A stretch of 64,000 bases of DNA from Phoronis australis. Its lineage: Eukaryota; Animalia; Phoronida. The notes below the pieces were generated by a model that had not been told where the DNA came from, made no database searches, and saw only the letters and a program-made list of their open reading frames with translations. The stretch is from assembly GCA_002633005.1 (NCBI GenBank), contig NMRA01000537.1:124001-188000 (forward strand), given 5' to 3'. Position numbers and translations under genes: made by a program. Shown piece after piece: positions 51,401 through 61,200 of this stretch. Each line of letters begins with the position of its first letter. The first letter of the stretch is position 1.

Positions 51401-51596
51401 AGAAGGCGTTTTTGTCTATTCGGATGGCACAGTTCTAGGCAGTGGCCATTACACTGAGTGGAAACAACCCGCGGGACTAGCGAAAAATGTGACGAGAAAC
51501 TGCGTGAAGATGCAAAGTAGCCATGGTTTCACATGGACGCCAGACGACTGTGCAATAAGACTAAATACCATTTGTGAACATCGGCGATCTGTGTAG
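26388..51596 (+). CDS. Gene A: secreted mosaic protein SP-CTL-(EGF)15-CCP-linker(RYKR)-GCC2/GCC3-CTL, ~1166 aa, 14 exons
   Basis: Exons 26388-26463, 30920-31177, 36460-36612, 38663-40096, 40809-40925, 42311-42430, 42980-43099, 44740-44961, 45393-45523, 47015-47151, 47491-47648, 49695-49856, 50264-50461, 51382-51596. All are GT-AG with compatible phases, and they sum to 3501 nt in one open frame. No TM segment seen. Confidence 0.8.
26702..26945. mobile_element. Partial copy of the MITE family at 55729-56160
   Basis: CCGGTTGCATGAAACAGTCCCAAATAGGAACTCGACCAAGTTCTCTAA matches the reverse complement of 56108-56158. Confidence 0.65.
27600..27930. repeat. Degenerate minisatellite built from ggtaagcgttc(t/c)gc units
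   Basis: More than ten variants of gtaag/gtaaa-cgttc-(t/c)gc at ~20-bp spacing. Confidence 0.7.
28905..29308. mobile_element. MITE with long TIRs
   Basis: ttggcaattt..ctacttttgtgcgaactcaagataagtg pairs with cacttatcttgagttcgcacgaaagtag..aaattgccaa. A related partial copy lies at ~25860-26090. Confidence 0.75.
30280..30896. mobile_element. MITE with ~27-bp TIRs and internal AATTACGCTCGTAA sub-repeats
   Basis: tatggtgggccgttgaggggaaagtgt versus the reverse complement of the right end, tatgacgggccgttgaggagaaactgt. Confidence 0.8.
30920..31177 (+). CDS. Gene A exon 2: N-terminal half of C-type lectin domain 1
   Basis: TTTCAG acceptor, [34 protein letters not shown]|GTAAGT donor. Confidence 0.85.
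33580..33790 (+). mobile_element. Highly decayed LINE reverse-transcriptase relic
   Basis: Fragments [18 protein letters not shown] and [15 protein letters not shown] resemble CR1/L2 RT motifs (WI.SFL, NG..S, YADD, LQ.DL..W), with stops and frameshifts. Confidence 0.35.
34955..35170. repeat. (TTA)n microsatellite
   Basis: Long tta/att run with atcgttaatatc interruptions. Confidence 0.95.
35171..36027 (+). mobile_element. Helitron/Helentron-like non-autonomous element between (TTA)n tracts
   Basis: 3' hairpin TTGTCACG-C-CGTGACAA (35999-36015) followed 8 nt later by CTAG|T. Internal caaaggtcat repeats. The 5' end is uncertain. Confidence 0.5.
36028..36408. repeat. (TTA/TCA)n microsatellite
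   Basis: Direct reading. Explains the poly-Ile/Leu ORFs. Confidence 0.95.
36460..36612 (+). CDS. Gene A exon 3: C-terminal half of C-type lectin domain 1
   Basis: CTTTAG acceptor, [28 protein letters not shown]|GTGAG donor. Confidence 0.85.
37342..38970. repeat. Near-identical tandem duplication (824 bp / 804 bp) joined by a single N; probable haplotype-overlap assembly artefact
   Basis: 37342-38165 vs 38167-38970 differ by a few SNPs and a 20-bp indel. N at 38166. The first copy truncates the EGF exon mid-domain. Confidence 0.85.
38663..40096 (+). CDS. Gene A exon 4: 12 tandem EGF / calcium-binding EGF domains
   Basis: TTTTAG|AT start. Repeated D(V/I)NEC..NGGC.H.C.NT.GS..C.C..GY units, 1434 nt, G|GTAGG donor. 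Confidence 0.95.
40809..40925 (+). CDS. Gene A exon 5: cbEGF
   Basis: [40 protein letters not shown]|GTAAGT donor. Confidence 0.9.
42311..42430 (+). CDS. Gene A exon 6: EGF
   Basis: (C)[39 protein letters not shown], with TTTCAG acceptor and G|GTATG donor. Confidence 0.9.
42626..42898. mobile_element. GC-ended MITE (CATGCGCGCACCCAG...CTGGGTGCACGCTTG)
   Basis: 15-bp imperfect TIRs flanked by CATGT on both sides. Relatives at ~26945-27083 (-) and ~34095-34329. Confidence 0.75.
42980..43099 (+). CDS. Gene A exon 7: cbEGF
   Basis: [40 protein letters not shown]. Confidence 0.9.
43070..43330. repeat. 44-bp minisatellite (~6 units) spanning the exon 7 donor site
   Basis: Unit gttaccggatggtggccggagtgtgcaaaggtaatataagtgtt. 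Confidence 0.9.
44740..44961 (+). CDS. Gene A exon 8: sushi/CCP-like domain (absent from the ORF track)
   Basis: [38 protein letters not shown], with CATAG acceptor and G|GTAAGT donor. Confidence 0.85.
45393..45523 (+). CDS. Gene A exon 9: linker domain part 1
   Basis: TTTCAG|TC phase-1 acceptor, [32 protein letters not shown], phase-0 donor GTAGGT. Confidence 0.65.
47015..47151 (+). CDS. Gene A exon 10: linker domain part 2 with RYKR site
   Basis: TTGCAG| [28 protein letters not shown].., AG|GTAC phase-2 donor. Confidence 0.7.
47491..47648 (+). CDS. Gene A exon 11: linker end and start of Cys-rich repeat
   Basis: Phase-2 acceptor, ..[27 protein letters not shown]|GTACGT donor. Confidence 0.75.
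49695..49856 (+). CDS. Gene A exon 12: GCC2/GCC3 (ephrin-receptor-like) Cys-rich repeat
   Basis: [44 protein letters not shown]. Confidence 0.9.
50264..50461 (+). CDS. Gene A exon 13: C-type lectin domain 2, first half
   Basis: [24 protein letters not shown]|GT donor. Confidence 0.9.
51382..51596 (+). CDS. Gene A exon 14: C-type lectin domain 2, second half and stop
   Basis: [34 protein letters not shown], then TAG. AATAAA at 51947. Confidence 0.9.
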
Positions 51597-52995
51597 ATGG
51601 TTTCTAATGAAACTGCAAACTATTAAGTCGTGAACACAATAGTTTGTCCACATCGTAAGACGCAAGACCAATGCGGTTTTCAAAGCTTGATTAACTATTA
51701 TTTTCTGATATAAACAGGTGTGCTACCTAAAACCCGATCCATCGTTTTACGCAAATGAAGATATTTTAGACTTATCACTCTATAACTCATAATTGGTTTT
51801 TACAGTTCTGGTTTTGATTTTGGTCAAAAGTACGGACAGAGCAAATACTTTTTTTCATTTTGTATTTTTCAAGCGTTGACGACATAGTAAAACAAACTAT
51901 GTGAAATTGATAACTTTGCTTTCGCTTCACGATTAATTCGAAGTCTAATAAACTGTTAGGATGTCGAGTTAAGATTTTCTTGAATAGCTTGAAAAGCGAT
52001 GTGATCGACAGTCCCGCTTTACCAGGTCTCATTCACTCAAGCGAGTTCCTGTGTATGTCACTAGGGGGCGGTCTTGACTTGCACAGTCATTGAATACACT
52101 CTTTCCACATTCGTTTTAGTTTAAACCTTCATAAAACGGATTTCAACGATTAAGTTAGATTATTCAAAATTTTAAAAGCCCAAGTAATGCTCATTCGACA
52201 CAACTTCAAAGTTTACAAGATCCTTTCAGTCACTGTTTTTGTTCTATTATTTTCATTACGGCCTTGTATATGGTCTCCAGGGTGCATCGAAACAATACAA
52301 TAAATTTCACTAAAAATATAAAGATGATTTGAATGGGACAAAGTTCCATCGCCTGCACACAAATATTTGTCTGGTGCTGCTAAAAAATAGAAACGTCACA
52401 TGAACGGGGCGAATTCTCAGCCGCAAACCTGCGTCTGGTAGCCTAGAACCATCTGTTGTTTGGTAGGAGATCAGTACATTCGGGTAATGATCCAGTCTCG
52501 TTGGGTACACTAGCTTGACTTCACCGGTTCCGCCGGGTCAACCAGGGTAGAGTTCTGCAGCGCGAGGACTCCCTCGCTAGAAAAACAAGACTTCGTGAGA
52601 TATTGCTGTGTATTTTAAATGAGCGCTCGTGATTTTGGCTAGATTTTTGTCGTCACGAGACAACTACTGAACTCTACCCAGTTTAGGCAGTCATTGGTTC
52701 TCGATGACGTGTTCCGGCTCTCGTTTAAATCCATCAAATTTCTTAGCCGTTTGACCCATGCGGAACAGGCGAAGTTCATCAAGTGCAGCCATTAAGGTTA
52801 TCTGATGAGCCAAGCTGCGGTTGTACTTGCCTAAGACAACTGCAGCTTTACCAGGGTTCCGCAATAGCTGCCTCGCAGCGTGAAAAAATCTAGCAAAAAT
52901 CCTGACGTGCTCTAATTGAAAATAAACGGCAGATATCTCGCGTAATCTCGTGAAGGTCTCGCTGTTTCCCAGCATGCCAGCCGATAGGTGGTCGG

Positions 52996-53509
52996 TAACC
53001 AGCACGCAGGTATCACTTAATTTTGCTCGGGAATTTTTTTTACACCGGCATTTCTGATTGGCTGGTCAAATTATCAGCAGGCAGCGCTTTAGGCAAACAA
53101 ACTGGCATGACTGATAGAGCAAGTGTAAATGTGGTCTGTTGTACAGACAAATCGGTGCTTGAAATTTATGTTCAGGAAATCTGAATCCAAGAAATTGTGG
53201 TTGCGCCTTTTCGGAGTGCATTTTCTGCTGTCGATGACTTTTGTTCACGATACTGCCCTGTATTGATACAATATGAATAACACCGCACCGGTTAAATCGG
53301 CCAGATAGTGTATTGTACATGCATGTGCTTCAAGCACGCAGCTTTTAAACATTACTGCAGAAACGAAATAGTTGCCGCTACGCCACTTGCATGACAAGGC
53401 TAAAAATCGTTCATAGTCCGCCATTTTTTCACGTTGTTATAAAGCTAACCAATGACTGCCGAGGTTACACCAACCAATGCTAAAGCGCGTGATACCTGCG
53501 TGCTGGCTA
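52996..53509. mobile_element. Non-autonomous TIR element with TA(G/A)..CTA ends (possibly Academ-like)
   Basis: taaccagcacgcaggtatcac / gtgatacctgcgtgctggcta: 21-bp TIR with 1 mismatch. Confidence 0.7.
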
Positions 53510-55152
53510 GACACGTAGGGAACCAGCGAGCGTGAATGCTTGCTTTTTAGCGAAGTCCTAGCGAGTACTAGTGACATCAAATTGGAAAGGTTTCCCAATT
53601 ATTGGATTCTGACACATCTTCACTGGGTTCGTCACAGAAAATTTCACCTTACCAGTCAGTATCGGATGTTCATAGCGACACTCCACTGTATCGTTCCAGA
53701 TTCTTCCATCGAACGTTTTCAGGTTTCAACAGTTGCGCCAAACATTGAAAAATCATGATTTTATCGGAAATTTTTGAATTTCACGGTATGATCGGTTAGC
53801 TTAAAAGTTCAGACTGTAGAGATCAGTTGTGAAGTAACATGATGAAGGACAAAGTGAAGAGGTCTAGAGAAACATTGCATGGTCTTTCAAAGTTTCATCT
53901 TTGGACATGTAGCTGTACGCGGAACTCTCTGACATGTTTGAGCATCTAAGCATATGTCCTGGTTTAGACGTCTGTCGAATAGGCCTATACAAATGGAATT
54001 GGAAGGATGCGGAAACGCACAGTGAATAGCTATAAGGTTTTTAATGTACACCACCACTAAACATTCAAAAGGGGGGCTGAAGCTAAAACAGCTGTGAGGG
54101 TAAAACGGGATGTCGGTGGGAGATGAAGGCAAACAGGTGGAAGAGGAGTTATAGGTGGTGACCGAAGAGGCAAAGGAGAAGGGGTCATTGACTGGGCGGG
54201 GGATGGCACTCATACATTTCGCCGCCTGACCCCACCCCTTGATGAACGAGGCCTTCCTACACTTTCGTATTTGCTTACGATGTTTCAGCATCGGTAAATC
54301 TCTGCCGTTTCATGCTTACCGGAAGGGATATAGCTGAATACTAGTTTCCTTTAAAAAAAGTCGTGGTGGTCTACTTTTTAATGTGGGCGATTCCTCAACC
54401 GATATTCACGGAGTTTTTTTAAGTCTCGATCCTTACTAGTAGCCTGATTGTAGTCTAAAACAAGGTTAGCTGGCGACTGCAGAAGTGTTCGTTCAAAGCA
54501 TGCATCAAGAGGCCCCCCCAGGGTTCATATCAAATAAGAGTGATTTCATAGTGGGTGTTGACGATGAGGCCATAATGTTTGGATTTCTGTGGATTATAGT
54601 TGCCAGTAATAATAAATGAATACAACACTCCTCATGGGTTGACAGGAAGTGACATATTTATTCATCTTCAAACAAAAAGAGAGCATGCATACAACTACCC
54701 TAGGCTGGTGAACAATGGATGGCGCCACATGACGGACACAGCTCAACATTGGGATATATCATCACTATTCTTAACACAGTCATTGTATTTTTCGTTCAAC
54801 TTTACTAAGCCTGTGTTGCTGTCCAGAACGCTTTTAGTTCTTTCTTTTTTGTTTCCTCATTCCGTTAGGGAGTGTTGGTGCATTAAAGATAACGGCAACT
54901 CTCGGTCCGTTTTATATGTATTCATCAGTGACAACGTAATTTTGACAGTAGCCTTGAAAATTTGCCGATTGAAAACAGTGACGAGCAATGTAATGTCACC
55001 CTCACTATCAGTGAGCCCATTAGGCAACATAGCCATTTAATCGTTAGGCATCCTAGTTATTATCTCCCGTTAGCGTTAACAGTTAAATTAGTTTAACGAT
55101 GGCTCCATCTTCTATGTGATTCAGACTAGTACACACATGTTTACACTGTACG

Positions 55153-55204
55153 ATGAAGGTCGTTTTCCCTGTGCTTTACTTGTTAACAGTGGTCTTCCTG
55201 CAAG
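55153..55204 (+). CDS. Gene B exon 1: signal peptide
   Basis: [18 protein letters not shown]|GTGAGA phase-1 donor. Confidence 0.7.
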
Positions 55205-58200
55205 GTGAGATTTTGACGCTGCCGATATGATGATATACTTTTAGTCGTCAATTGAGAAATTTATTATTCAATCATGGCATAATGTGACTGTGCTTGGAAG
55301 GCATTTTTTTTAACTATTCTAAGACAATGTTGGAACAAGATTTCTTCTGTCACTGCTCATTTTTTAACAATTTAATAGTGTTAGCCGCAGTCATGCCGTA
55401 ATTTAATTCCTAATCACAGACAATTAGATCAGACTGAAATCGCAAATTGCAAACAGGAACAGTCTTTGCTATTACCGTGTGTAATTTGGAACGTCGTATT
55501 CAATAGCCACAACAAGGGTTCCACAACAGAACGTGAACCAAACAACAGATGGCACTACGTGAACCTTAAAACATTACTCCTAAAGGGAAAATTTCATTCC
55601 AAGAGCGAAAAACAGCGTCATATACACCTTTCACATACATAATCTTTCGTTAGCACCTAGCAGGTTACCTTTTTACTGCTGGTTTTATTATTTCCATAGC
55701 AACGACACAAAAAGAGCAAGTTTCCAGCGGCCAAATGCATGAAATAGTCCCGAATAGGGACTCAACTAAGGTCCCTAAGCCTTTTTGAGTATTTTTGTCT
55801 TTACGGACTCACAAATGCAATAGTTTTCTACCATTTTGTCTTTATTATGAGCTCCTCTTTAATTAATGACATTTTCTAATGATATAACTAAAAACGGAGC
55901 CCTGAGTTCCTCGAAGATAACAAGGGACTCAGTCATTAAATTGGAGGTGTTCTATGAAAAGATCCCTACTTATTTTCGATAATATTGACAATTCAACGTG
56001 GAGTTTACTCTCGACTTGCATCAAGGTCAACAGTTGACTTACTAATGAAACTAACACAACATAAGAAAGGACAATCGATGATTTTACAAGTCCAAAAATA
56101 CGCAGTGGACTTAGGGAACTTAGTCGAGTCCCTAATTGGGACTGTTTCATGCAACCGAGTACAGATATCTTGAGCTTAGTTATAGTCCAATAGTAGCCTT
56201 GTGTTAGTAGGGACTTGTTTTCCGCCCAATTTTTCGTTTTGTCCGTAGGAGTTCCTCCATTCAGTTGTGAGGAATGTTGAGCGTAGTGCCGGGCTCATGA
56301 CTAGAGGAGTCTGACATTGGCTCGTTACGGACGATGTTGCAGAAAAACAAAAATGGCATAGTCGGGCAAACTGACACCCTGGGTCTCTTTTGGATCCGCG
56401 CCTGCTATATTCAGGGAACACTGTTATGATTTGTTGATCCATAAAAGAACAGTGTGGTGCAATGAAACACTCCGCATTTGTTTGCATTTGGGGTTGCAGG
56501 AAATCCATTTCAGCATACAGCAAGTATCCAGCACACGCGGGACATATTGGTCAACTCAAATTGTGTGCCTGGCAGAGATAAGAAGCCCTAAGTCAGGTTC
56601 TTTATCGTCAAAGGATGACCCCAAGTTCCAGTTGAACTATTACCTGTACCTAAAGAGTGCCTTGTTATAAATCCGTTCACTATTATAGAAGGAAAAAGTC
56701 ATCATAATGCTACGTTTTTATAGGTCCATGCGCTTATATCCGAAATAATACGTTTTTTGAAAGAAAATCGTTTACTCAAGTGTTTGCATATAGGTATATG
56801 CGCCTATGTTTCGCTTTTAGGCTCCATACAGGGTAGCCATGGATACAGGCATACCCATTGTCTTGAATAGCGAAACATTTTTATGCGAATATTTCTGGAC
56901 TATTTTCGACGACTACAAAATCTGATTGCGATGCTATTTTTGATGTCGTATAAGGAAAACTATCTGAGGTAGAAACTTGAAACTTCGAGAGCTCATTTGT
57001 ACTTGAATGATTTCTGCTGACTGGTGAGTTAATTCTGGAGTACGTGCACAGCATAATTTTGTATTTTAGATCAAGTTGAAAATTACCTAGGAGCAAATTA
57101 CAATTTTTTCGGTCTGAGCTTCACTAGCATATCCTAGCTTAGAACTCTGATAAGACGATCTGTTAGGCTTCACGCAAGTAGGAATAACAGGTTCCGGTTA
57201 CAATTGCGTGATCAACTGTGGGGGATTGGTCTTGGGTTTTCATATTTGTAAGCAAAGAGTGAATAACGAGTAAATTAGTGATTGAACCGGACCTGAATGG
57301 TGCTTGGAAAGATATTAAAGAAGTGCTTGACAGACTTGCACCATAAATTAATCTTCCCAATAAAAATAACAAAATTGCCTGTATTTTTTAACTAGGTAAC
57401 TGTGCAGTGCTAGACGTCATGATCATGCAAGCCAGCTCGACCATGTGATTCTTCACTAGTCAAACATTCCAGTTGTAAACAAATATATGATGCATATCAA
57501 TATCCGCACGTTTACTTTTAAGCGTAGCATTTTTCAAACGATTCGTGTATAGCCGCCCGGAAATAGACGCAGCTTCGAACATTGCTTCGTGCTTGTACGG
57601 TCGGGTGTCAAAACTGGGTTCAACAACGCTAGAGCCTCGTCAAGACCGCCAGATATTGCCGTGTATTTTAAATGCAAACTCTTAATTTTGGCTAGCTTTT
57701 TCTCGCCGTGAGACAGTTGTTGAACTCTACAATGGTGTCACTTTTATGAAAATAGCTATCAAAATGACTAATAAAGCCTTTTTGAAAACAAAATCAATCC
57801 TTGAACGAGAAAATAGTGCTAAGCCGGGTGTGAAATTACACTAGTAAAGTGATCAAATATCGCGGTCGCAGAGTGTTGAAAAGCGGGACATTTTGATGGC
57901 GAAAAAAATTCAAAAGTGGGGCAGTCCACAAAGAGCGGGACAGTTGACAAGTACACTGTACGTTGTCAGCAACACAGCGTGGGGTTGGATTTTTAAAGGT
58001 AAACTTCCATTTTTCAAATTTAATTTCACCGATTTACTATATCAACTGCCAAGAAATCGAATTAAAAAAGTATCTGGCCAACAGGTAAACATTGCACAAA
58101 TGAGTTATTATAGAAACAATTGAAAACAGTAATAATCTATACAAACGCAAACACACAAACTTGGATACCAATATACGAGTAGTTTTTCGAAAGTCACGTA

Positions 58201-61200
58201 AACACACCTGCTAGATGGGGCAAAACATTTCATTTATAAGTGCAGAACAAACACCCAGAAACCAAATATCACTTATTTCCACAAAATACTGTAACATGAT
58301 TTTAACATCAAAAATGTCTAGCATGTAGTTTGATAGGTTGTCGAAAGTGGTTCTAAGACTAGAGATGAAAAGATATCAGAGGCCAGACTATTCCCGGAAT
58401 CCGGCCAGGGCCACGGCGCAAGTCGTGTTTTGCGGGTGCACGGTCGTATTTGGGTCACTTAGTCACGTTTATGAATGCGGAGTTTTTTCCAAAAGTGCCT
58501 GAGCCGTGTTGCTTATTGAAGTAATCTTTCAAATTTCACAAGTGTCGTGTATTCAACCAGTTTTGCAATATACCTTACTAAATTTTGACTCGAGTTTCCA
58601 AAAAAGTTTTGTCTTTGACGGAGTGCTTAATTGTTGAATATAACTTTGTGATATAACGTCTAGTGAAAGAAAATCCAATGTGACTCGTTTTATTTTCAAG
58701 AACATTCACTTTTTATGATTTCGAAGGTAGGTGGTACATGGGCGAGATTTTTTTTGCGTTTCTGTTTGTGTGTGTGTGTGTGTGCGTGCGTGCGTTGTGT
58801 GTGCGCTGTGTGCGTGTGCGTGTGTGTGTGTATGACAGATACTATATCTATACATCGACAGTTCTGAGTCTACTTGTTCTGATTAATCTCATTTTCAGGG
58901 ACACCAGCTTCAGTGTGTCGGGCTAAAGCAGACGTCGTTTTCCTATTGGACAGTTCGCTAAGTCTTGGAGCAACCAACTTTAACCTCTGCAAGACATTTG
59001 TTGCTGACGTAATCAAGAGCTTTGCAATTGGTGTCCATGACATTCAAGTTGGGCTTGCAGTTTTCAGTGACCATCCGCATTTGCAGTTTCATCTGAATGC
59101 ATACACCAACATAGACGACATCCTTTCTGCAATTAGTTCGACTCCATACTATGGAAGAACAACATTTACCCACGCTGCTATTAAAATGATGCGAGAAGAG
59201 ATGTATCTTCCACGAAATGGCGATCGGCCAGACGCACCGAACATCGCCATCTTAGTATGGGATGGGGTTTCAAATTTGCCTCTAAAAACGATACAGGAAG
59301 CTGACAAATCGAGGACAACGAAGATTATACCATACATTATGGGCGTAGGTGTTGGCATTGGCGTCATATCTTTAGAAATGGCAGAGGTGGCTAATAAACC
59401 AACGGCTGAATGGGTAACACTGGCGAAGACGTTCGGTAATTTGGCTGGAATAAAAGACAGGGTGGTTCAACAGGCGTGTAAAGGTATTTTATTTCACAAA
59501 AGGTGTAGTTCCTTGAATAGGGACGGAAAGCGAGTACGTCACCCCCTAGCACCTACTCCAAATTGGAGAAGTCATGTGGTGGCGGCCTATTCCCATACAT
59601 TTACATATTTGTTCAAATCAGCAGAATTCAACAAAACTATCCTTTTAAAATCTGTAGCTCGTGCCACAGAGCCTGCGAATCGTATAGATTACCATATTAA
59701 GCACGTGTGCTCCAAAATAAATCTTAATTGGTGATTTCACAATCACAATTCTTGGTCATAGATGGCGCCAGTAAGGTGACGTCAAACTTTTGCCCCGTTT
59801 TCCCCGATGCTGCTACAGTGACGTAGGTTATTTTAACTTTGTTGCTATGGCAATGCTACCACTGAACGATCTAAAAGTGGTAGCTTGGAAATAGATGGTT
59901 CATCACATACAGCGCTTGTGCTCATATTAAATGTTTGATCAACATTTCAAAACGTCATAAGTTAAGTTCATAAGTCAGTTTGCGTATTGCAGGGATAGTT
60001 ACCCTCGGATTCGGTGGGATGAAATAGTTAGAGAAAGACTCGGTGAAACACTGCAGAAGAGAGACAACTTAAGATTCAAAAAGAAAACGTGTCAACTGCC
60101 AGCGTCGTATGTTTTTTTCTTACATGACCTGGAATGTGTTACGACATAGGCGACTGGTTAATAACACCGAGTACGTAATTTCTTTGATATTACATGGGCA
60201 AATCACAAAGTAGTGCAAAGTAAAAATCCATACACCTTACATTTTATCGTCTGCAAAACAATAAAAGCAACTAAACGCGCGCCAACCAAACAATGCCGGA
60301 ATTCCGAGAAGGTGACAAGGTTATGATTGACAAATCGGGTGTCGCTTCTGTACGTACTCCCAATCGGAAGAACATGCAAACAACTTCTTAAACGGACCCA
60401 TCTTCGGCGGCGAATTCCATATATCCACGTTCATTCAAACGGAGACGAGCCCCAGCTCAAGAAACGCTGCAAGACTCTATATAGCTGCGCTGCCTGAAGG
60501 TCAATTCAGTGCTCACGCGCGGGAAAGCCTTGCTGGCTGTTATTTATTGATATTTTTAGTTTTAATATCACAACTTCAAAGACTATTTATTATATTCAAT
60601 CTTGGATATTTGCTACGCAAGCAGAATGCTATTTACATTTGCGCAGCTAAAAATAAACCTATTAACAAAAAGTAACTGAATTACTTTACATTGCGCGAGT
60701 ATGTTTTTACAAAAGTTGCGTCGTGTGGTTGAAACTTTTAGGCACGTCGGGTTTTTCAGCAAAAATATCGTTTTTACGGTTCATGTGAGAAAACAAATCC
60801 TACACGAGTCTCAGATTTATGACACTGGCAAAACCTCTTGGAAATTTCGTCGAAGTCCCGAGGCTTGCCGAGGGATTTTGACGAAATTTCCAAGAGGTTT
60901 TGCCCATATCATAAACCTGAGACTCGCGTCTATTTAAGGAGGCTGTGGCAGTAAATCCGTATTTATCTGGAAAGTAGATAAAATTTCAAAGCACTAAACA
61001 TGATCATGCAAAGAGTTAGTGTCAAACGGGTGCCAAGCCCTGTTTTGGTGATTTCAGCCAATCCTCATTCTGTCACTTGCTCCTGCATCATTGCGGCCAA
61101 TCTTAAAAGATAAAAGCAGGAACCATCTAAAAACTTATACTCCTTACGTCACAGATTGGGCATTATGGTTCTAAGCGGGTGGTCTTTCTCCGCCATAGTT

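Noticed and set aside
56820-56831. 12-nt micro-exon (GSIQ) in gene B intron 1
   Set aside because: The acceptor is plausible but the donor (GTAGCC) is weak, and the gene model is in frame without it.
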